DNA of 32,313 nt, from the NCBI GenBank assembly GCA_031364845.1, contig JANLWX010000070.1, positions 1 through 32,313 of the forward strand, read 5' to 3'. A model generated the notes under the pieces. That model was not told the DNA's origin and did no database searches. It saw nothing but the letters and a program-made list of their open reading frames with translations. Below, one piece after another: positions 26,484 through 32,313 of the stretch (within the stretch, counting starts at the first letter, position 1; each line of letters opens with the position of its first letter). The translations under genes were made by a program, and so were the position numbers. Source of the stretch: Candidatus Eiseniibacteriota bacterium (GTDB lineage: Bacteria; Eisenbacteria; RBG-16-71-46).

Positions 26484-27764
26484 ATGTCCCGCGGCCGCCA
26501 GCATCATCTCGCATTTATGACCGCCGTGAGTCTGGCGTGGATGCTCGTCACCGCTCCCGCGCGCGCTGCGAACTGCGCGAACGACACGACGGGGATGATC
26601 CCGCTCACCGATCTCGGCCCCGGTCTCTATCAAGGCTTTCCGGGCGGCCTCTATGGGAATGGCGGCAATACGCGCCCGCCGGCCCACGATGCGGCGGGAA
26701 TCGCGATCGCGAATGCGATCCAACCGCTCGATACACTCGGTCACCCCGATCCGAACGGGCGTATCGTTCTGATCTCGATCGGCATGAGCAACGCGACGCA
26801 GGAGTTCTCCACGTTCGTCCCGCTCGCCACCGCCGATCCCTTGAAGAATCCCCGGGTGCTCGTGATCGACTGCGCTCAGGGCGGGCAGTCCGCCGACCGC
26901 ACCAACACGCCCACGGCCGCTTACTGGGATTTCGTGAGCGCGCGACTGAGTTCGCTCGGCTCGTCAGCGGCGCAGGTGCAGGCGGTGTGGATCAAACAGG
27001 CGAACGCGGGCCCGACCGGCGGATTCCCCGCAGCGACCCTTGCTTTGCAGAACAACCTCGGCGCGATCGTGCGCATCATTCACGATCTGTTTCCCAACGT
27101 CAGGCTCGCGTATCTTACGAGCCGCATCTACGCGGGCTATGCGACGGGCACGCTCAACCCGGAGCCCTACGCGTACGAATCCGGTTTCGCGGTGAAGTGG
27201 CTGATCGATTCGCAGATTGCCGGCGAAGACAGTCTCAATTGGGATCCGGGCTCAGGTCTTGTGGAGGCGCCGTGGCTGTCGTGGGGTCCGTATATGTGGG
27301 CGGACGGTCTCTATCCGCGCGACGACGGACTCACCTGGGCGTGCAATGAATTCGCCGCCGACGGCACCCATCCCGCCACGCCTGCTCGCGCGAAAGTCGC
27401 CAACAGTCTGCTGGCATTCTTTCAGAACGATGCCACGGCCGAGCCCTGGTATGTGAATCAGGGCAACGTCTCGGTTCCGCTGGAGTCCGGTGAGACCTTC
27501 GCGCTGAGTGTCGCTCCCAATCCGGTCCGCTCCGAAGTGACGGTGACATTCACTGCGGTCGCCGGCGAGTCGTGGCGCGCCGAGCTGGTGGATCTCGCGG
27601 GGCGTCGCGTGTCCGATCCACGCCACGGTGTCGGTTCGGGTACGAAGCACACGCTTCGCTGGAACGTGCTCGATGACCGCGCAGCGCAGCGTCCGGGCCT
27701 CTACTGGGTACGCGTCACGAGCGGCGGGCGGCAGGCATCACGGCGGATCGCGCTGGTTCATTGA
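26484..27764 (+). CDS. Secreted SGNH/GDSL-like hydrolase with FlgD/T9SS-like C-terminal domain
   Basis: GGAG RBS, signal peptide, ISIGMSNATQE (block I-like), AQGGQ, DGTHP (DxxH), and C-terminal PNPVR...VDLAGRRV...PGLYWVRV. Confidence 0.72.
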   Translation: MSRGRQHHLAFMTAVSLAWMLVTAPARAANCANDTTGMIPLTDLGPGLYQGFPGGLYGNGGNTRPPAHDAAGIAIANAIQPLDTLGHPDPNGRIVLISIGMSNATQEFSTFVPLATADPLKNPRVLVIDCAQGGQSADRTNTPTAAYWDFVSARLSSLGSSAAQVQAVWIKQANAGPTGGFPAATLALQNNLGAIVRIIHDLFPNVRLAYLTSRIYAGYATGTLNPEPYAYESGFAVKWLIDSQIAGEDSLNWDPGSGLVEAPWLSWGPYMWADGLYPRDDGLTWACNEFAADGTHPATPARAKVANSLLAFFQNDATAEPWYVNQGNVSVPLESGETFALSVAPNPVRSEVTVTFTAVAGESWRAELVDLAGRRVSDPRHGVGSGTKHTLRWNVLDDRAAQRPGLYWVRVTSGGRQASRRIALVH

Positions 27765-27800
27765 AGCAGGCGATTGGAGGCATGCACCTGAACGCGCGAA

Positions 27801-28478
27801 TCAGCGTTCGGGTGTCCCCGAGTCCCACCACTTGGACAGGTTGCCCTCGGCGCGGCGTGGCTCGTCCTGATAATGCGAGATGTCGTTGAACAGCATGAGT
27901 CGCGCGCGCACCGGATCCTTGAAGTCGACCACGTTGAGGCAGGCGGGCGACTGGTCGAGCCGGTCGCGGTAGCCGCGCGCATCGAACCCGAGCAGGCTCG
28001 AGAGGATCAATCGCAGCGTCGCCTTGTGGGAGACGACCAGCACGTTCTGGCCAGCGTGCGCCACCACGATGTCGCGGATCACGGGCAACGCGCGCGCGAG
28101 CACGCTCACTCCGGATTCGCCGCCGACCGGCGCGAAGGTGAACGGATCCTCTTCCCATGACAGGTACTCGTCGCCGAACTGCGCTTCGACCTCCGCGCGC
28201 GTGAGTCCTTCCCAGCGTCCGTGGCTGATCTCGCGCAGGCCGTCACGAAGGATCGGCTGGAGACGATGCGGCGCGCACAGGATCGTTACGGTCTCGAGCG
28301 CGCGGCTAAGCGGGCTGGTGTAGACGGCGCACAGGTCGTCGTCTGCAAGCCGGCGCGCGAGCAGATCTGCCTGGCGGCGGCCTTCGTCGGAGAGATCGAC
28401 GCCCGCCGCACCCGAGAAGCGATTCTCGGCGGTGCGCGGCGTGGCGCCGTGACGAACGAAGTAGAGGCGTGTCGTCAG
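27801..28478 (-). CDS. Histidine phosphatase (phosphoglycerate mutase-like) family protein, apparent CTG start
   Basis: The ORF track shows only the last 102 aa. The frame is open upstream: (L)TTRLYFVRHGAT...LSDEGRRQA...YTSPLSRALET...LREISHGRWEGLT...GGES...VVSHKAT. GGAG lies 5 nt before the CTG. Confidence 0.9.
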   Translation of the reverse strand: MTTRLYFVRHGATPRTAENRFSGAAGVDLSDEGRRQADLLARRLADDDLCAVYTSPLSRALETVTILCAPHRLQPILRDGLREISHGRWEGLTRAEVEAQFGDEYLSWEEDPFTFAPVGGESGVSVLARALPVIRDIVVAHAGQNVLVVSHKATLRLILSSLLGFDARGYRDRLDQSPACLNVVDFKDPVRARLMLFNDISHYQDEPRRAEGNLSKWWDSGTPER

Positions 28479-28490
28479 GCGGGCTCCGTC

Positions 28491-28805
28491 TCAGGAGGTT
28501 GGCGTCAGGATATGGCCGGGTGTCGCGCCCCGTCGGCGATTGACGTACGCCGCGTGCAGTCGGACCCGATGCGCGAGCAGTGCCGGCGTCCCGTGCGCCC
28601 ACAGGCGCCGGGCAACTCTCCACAACTGTGGTCCGAAAGCGATCGTGAGAGCAAGGATACCGAGCCCCAACAGAAGTGCTCCGAACAGCCGGTTCAGGAT
28701 CGACCCCCATCGTGCTTCAGCGAGTGCGAACATCAGCACCGCATCGGCACACCAGGCGGTCGCGAGGGCGAGGAACAACGTCGTGCGTATCATGACGACG
28801 CTCAT
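28491..28805 (-). CDS. Hypothetical small membrane protein
   Basis: Two hydrophobic stretches (TTLFLALATAWCADAVLMFALA; LFGALLLGLGILALTIAFG) and a basic tail; no family recognised and the start is uncertain. Confidence 0.4.
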   Translation of the reverse strand: MSVVMIRTTLFLALATAWCADAVLMFALAEARWGSILNRLFGALLLGLGILALTIAFGPQLWRVARRLWAHGTPALLAHRVRLHAAYVNRRRGATPGHILTPTS

Positions 28806-28990
28806 ATCAAGAATCAGTCCAACCCGCGTCGAAGGCTGAACTCGCTGCGGGACAACAAAGCTGGAAACGGACAAGCCTCTGCGATGTGCCGGAAGTGTAA
28901 TTTCTGCGCTGCCCAAGGCTTTGCAGGGTAGTTCCGACATCGACGTTCAGCGCAGAGGTGACAGATACAACGGCATCGCGATGGCGTCGG

Positions 28991-31900
28991 TCAGGGTCTC
29001 TCGAGGATTCGCATGACCATCTCAATGTCGACGGGTTTGGTCACGTGCGTGTCGAAACCGGCTGAGAGCGCCTGAAGGCGATGGCTCTCAAGCCCGTGTC
29101 CGGTCATCGCGATGAGCAGGATCGAACTTCCGAGTGCCGCGCGCGCGCGCCGAGCGACTTCGTAGCCGTCCATGCCGGTCAGGCCGATATCGATGATCGC
29201 GACCTCGGGTTTGTCGGCGAGGATGATCGCCAGTCCAGTGATCCCGTCATGCGCTTCCTTCACGTGGTGGCCCATGTGTTCGAGAACCTCCCGCAGACCC
29301 TCGCGCACGTCGTCGTTGTCCTCGACGAGCACGATCCGGCGCGTGCCCGCGTTTTCCGGCGCAACTTCGAATTGCGCCGCGGCCGAATCGTTGCGGGTCC
29401 CCGAGAGTGGAGGCAGCCCGGCGAATTCGGCGCCGCGCCCGATACCATCCAAGTACGTGGACAGCTCCCCCACCGATTTGCGCGCTGCTCCGGTGTTGGC
29501 GTTTTGTGCCTCCGCCTCGAGGTTGGCGCCGATGTCAGTGATGGCCTGGAACCCGAAGCTGGCCCCGGCGCCCTTCATGTCATGACCCAGGCGCTCCACG
29601 GTGCCAAAGTCATTGCGATCCAGGGCGTCCAGCAGGGTGGTGACATCCTGCCTCCGGTTATGGAGAAACGTTGGGACTCTTGCCGCCAAATTGGGAAACG
29701 CACGGATCAGGATGGAGTCTTTCTGGATGCCTTCCGGATCAGAGGAGGGCGCAACGACAGCGGAATGCTCCCTGATCGCGTGCAGCAGCACTTCTTGCTT
29801 GATGGGTTTCGTCAAGAAAGCCGTGCAGCCTGCCGCCATGCACTTTTCTCGATCTCCCTTCAGGGCTGAGGCCGTCAGTGCGATGATCGGAGTCGGCGAC
29901 AGGTTGTTGGCCCGTTCCCACGCTCGGATGGTTCGCGTCGCGGTCAGGCCATCCATGACCGGCATCTGCCGGTCCATCAGGACAAGGTCGTAGTCTCCGG
30001 ATTCAAACATGTCACAGGCAATCGCCCCGGTCTCCGCAATGTCCACTCGGTAGGGAGTGTCCTCCAGATACGCCACCGTGATCGTCCGGTTATCGGGAGA
30101 GTCCTCCGCCAACAGGATGCGCAGCGCGCGCAGCGGTAGTTCGGGACGCGTGCCGGCCGGTACCGCGGCCCGCAGGGTGGCCCCGGCCCAGATCTCGAAC
30201 GGCACGGCGAAATAAAACACACTGCCCTTGTCGATTTCGCTTTCGACCCAGATGCGCCCACCCATCAACTCCACCAGGCGCTTGGAAATCGTGAGCCCCA
30301 ACCCGGAGCCCCCGAATCTGCGAGTGGTGGATGAGTCGGCCTGCGTGAATCGTTCAAACACCCGGCTCAATTTTTCGCCCGGAATGCCGACGCCGGTGTC
30401 CGAGACCGTGAAGCGCAAGGCGGAGGGGACGGAGGGGTCTCCATCTTGCGTAACTCGCAGGGACACTTGGCCGAGTTCTGTGAACTTGATCGCGTTGCCG
30501 ACCAAATTGAGCAGCACCTGCCGCAAGCGTGTCGGATCGCCGACCAGGTCCGTAGGCACGTTCGAGGCGATCTCGCAAACCAGGGTCAGCCCCTTTTCAT
30601 GGGCCCGTACAGCCACCATCTCTGTCACCTTCTCAAGCAAGTCGTTCAACGAAAATCCGGTCCGTTCCAGATCAAGCTGCGAGGCCTCAACCTTGGAAAG
30701 ATCGAGGATGTCGTTGATGAGGTTCAGCAAGTTGTCCCCGGCGCGCCGAAAGATCTGCACGTATTTGTCCTGGACCGGCGAGAGGGGGGTCTTCGCAAGC
30801 AGGTCGGCGATTCCCATGAGCGCATTCATCGGTGTTCGAATTTCATGGCTCATGCTCGCCAGGAAATCCGATTTGGTCCGGCTCGCGCTCTCGGCCACGG
30901 CCTTGGCCTGCTTCAGCTCCGCCTCCACCTGCTTGCGCTCCGTCACGTCGCGCGCCGCGGCGAAAACGCCTTGCAGCGTGCGGCCCCGGTCGTAAAACGT
31001 GGTTGCGTTGTAGGACACGACTGTCTTCTTCCCGTCGCGGGCGCAGGCGGTCAGTTCGTAGTCGGTGACCTTCTTTTCGCTCAACACGAGCTTGATCCCC
31101 GCTTCCGCCCGATCCGGATCGGTGAAGTAGTCCTTGAACCACGCGCCAATCAACTCGTCGCGCGTGCAACCGGTGAGCGCCTCCATCTGCTTGTTGACAT
31201 CGGTAATGATGCCGGAGGGGTCGGTGGTCATCAGCGCGTCGATGTTTGATTCGATCAGTGAGCGCGTATAGAACTGTTGGTCGCGCAGGCGCTGGTCGAG
31301 TTTCCTTTGTTCGGCCTCGACCAGTTTGCGCGCGGTGTTGTCGGTGCCGATCAACAGGTACCCAATGATCGCGTCCTGCGCGTCGCGCAGCGCTGTGACC
31401 GACACCACCGCCGGAAACCGGCTTCCATCCTTGCGGAAGTAGGTCAGCTCGTAGATGTCCTCGATACCGCGCGACGCCTTGAACACCAGCGCTTCGAAGC
31501 CCGGGGTAATCGGGGTCCCGAGCTCGACGCTTAGCGCTTTGGCACGCGCGATGACTTCCTGCGGATCGGAAATGTCAGCCGGCGTGATCTTGTTCATCAC
31601 CTCGGCGGCCGTGTAGCCCAGCATCCGCTCAGCGCCGACATTGAAGATCTGGATCACGCCCTTGGCGTCGGTGGCGATGCACGAGAAGTTGGCGCTGTTG
31701 AAGATCGCGCTCTGCAGCGCTCCTGCCTTGAGCAGCGCCTCCTCTGCCCGCTTACGCGCGGTGTTGTCGGTACCAATCAGCAGATAACCGATGATGGTGT
31801 CCTGCGCGTCGCGCAGCGCTGTGACCGACACCACCGCCGGAAACCGGCTTCCATCCTTGCGGAAGTAGGTCAGCTCGTAGATGTCCTCGATCCCGCGCGA

Positions 31901-32313
31901 GGCCTTGAACACCAGCGCCTCGAAGCCCGGGGTGATCGGGGTCCCGAGCTCGACGCTCAGCGCCTTGGCACGCGCGACCACTTCCTGCGGATCGGAAATG
32001 TCAGCCGGCGTGATCTTGTTCATCACCTCGGCGGCCGTGTAGCCCAGCATCCGCTCGGCGCCGACGTTGAAAATCTGGATCACACCCTTGGCATCGGTGG
32101 CAATACTCGAGAAGTTGGCGCTGTTGAAAATCGCGCGCTGCAGGGCACCCGCCTTGAGCAAAGCCGCTTCCGCATGCTTGCGCACCGTGTTGTCGGTGCC
32201 GATCAGCAGGTAGCCGATGATGGCGTCCTGCGCGTCGCGCAGCGCCGTGACGGACACCACCGCCGGGAACCGGCTCCCGTCCTTGCGGATATAGGTCAGC
32301 TCGTAGATGTCCT
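28991..32313 (-). CDS. Multi-PAS hybrid sensor histidine kinase (PASn-HisKA-HATPase-REC-HPt-REC), 5' end outside window
   Basis: Frame open to the window edge. FLASMSHEIRTPMN, NLVGNAIKFT, DTGVGI, GSGLGL; REC (AEDS..MDRQMP..TKP); HPt (LGHDMKGAG); second REC (VEDN..IDIGL..TKP). Confidence 0.95.
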   Translation of the reverse strand, partial: DIYELTYIRKDGSRFPAVVSVTALRDAQDAIIGYLLIGTDNTVRKHAEAALLKAGALQRAIFNSANFSSIATDAKGVIQIFNVGAERMLGYTAAEVMNKITPADISDPQEVVARAKALSVELGTPITPGFEALVFKASRGIEDIYELTYFRKDGSRFPAVVSVTALRDAQDTIIGYLLIGTDNTARKRAEEALLKAGALQSAIFNSANFSCIATDAKGVIQIFNVGAERMLGYTAAEVMNKITPADISDPQEVIARAKALSVELGTPITPGFEALVFKASRGIEDIYELTYFRKDGSRFPAVVSVTALRDAQDAIIGYLLIGTDNTARKLVEAEQRKLDQRLRDQQFYTRSLIESNIDALMTTDPSGIITDVNKQMEALTGCTRDELIGAWFKDYFTDPDRAEAGIKLVLSEKKVTDYELTACARDGKKTVVSYNATTFYDRGRTLQGVFAAARDVTERKQVEAELKQAKAVAESASRTKSDFLASMSHEIRTPMNALMGIADLLAKTPLSPVQDKYVQIFRRAGDNLLNLINDILDLSKVEASQLDLERTGFSLNDLLEKVTEMVAVRAHEKGLTLVCEIASNVPTDLVGDPTRLRQVLLNLVGNAIKFTELGQVSLRVTQDGDPSVPSALRFTVSDTGVGIPGEKLSRVFERFTQADSSTTRRFGGSGLGLTISKRLVELMGGRIWVESEIDKGSVFYFAVPFEIWAGATLRAAVPAGTRPELPLRALRILLAEDSPDNRTITVAYLEDTPYRVDIAETGAIACDMFESGDYDLVLMDRQMPVMDGLTATRTIRAWERANNLSPTPIIALTASALKGDREKCMAAGCTAFLTKPIKQEVLLHAIREHSAVVAPSSDPEGIQKDSILIRAFPNLAARVPTFLHNRRQDVTTLLDALDRNDFGTVERLGHDMKGAGASFGFQAITDIGANLEAEAQNANTGAARKSVGELSTYLDGIGRGAEFAGLPPLSGTRNDSAAAQFEVAPENAGTRRIVLVEDNDDVREGLREVLEHMGHHVKEAHDGITGLAIILADKPEVAIIDIGLTGMDGYEVARRARAALGSSILLIAMTGHGLESHRLQALSAGFDTHVTKPVDIEMVMRILERP
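31328..32313 (-). repeat. 426-bp tandem intragenic repeat encoding near-identical PAS/PAC units (two full copies plus part of a third)
   Basis: GGTCAGCTCGTAGATGTCCT at 31442, 31868 and 32294; the 142-aa unit is repeated in the translation. Confidence 0.95.

Noticed and set aside
12101..26485. Long minus-strand ORFs opposite well-supported genes (e.g. 12101..13762, 22002..23240, 23096..24541, 24740..26485)
   Set aside because: Antisense frames kept open by GC-rich codon bias; no motifs or RBS support.
28491..28493. In-frame TGA as a selenocysteine codon joining the membrane ORF and the phosphatase
   Set aside because: Not at a Cys-equivalent position, no evident bacterial SECIS hairpin, and the phosphatase has its own RBS.
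28944..28975. AVVSVTSAL in a short minus-strand ORF, resembling the PAS repeat's AVVSVTAL
   Set aside because: Very short match with divergent DNA and no flanking similarity; probably chance.

Overview
High-GC bacterial chromosomal window, almost entirely coding; no rRNA, tRNA or CRISPR array seen. Four secreted proteins end in a FlgD-Ig/T9SS-like C-terminal domain, which points to an FCB-group organism such as Ca. Eisenbacteria (inference only). From left to right: a partial STT3/AglB-like oligosaccharyltransferase gene missed by the ORF track, directly downstream of moaA; a divergent MOSC (YiiM-like) gene; a DipZ-like thioredoxin-fold protein lacking CxxC; a lower-GC island with a frameshifted FG-GAP/Ig protein and a CTD protein, closed by an IS91-family transposase remnant; a MauG-type di-heme protein with CTD followed by Spy/CpxP and an OmpR-type two-component pair; a LytS/LytTR pair flanked by conserved 9-12-9 direct-repeat boxes, followed by a CRTAC1/ASPIC-UnbV protein; a dienelactone hydrolase; a SirB1-like gene head-to-head with mutY; an ATP-grasp/PHP/glycosyltransferase/deacetylase operon; a serine hydrolase; an SGNH-like CTD protein; a histidine phosphatase apparently starting at CTG; and a partial hybrid histidine kinase with 426-bp tandem PAS repeats. 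All calls come from motif recognition by eye; no database search was run.
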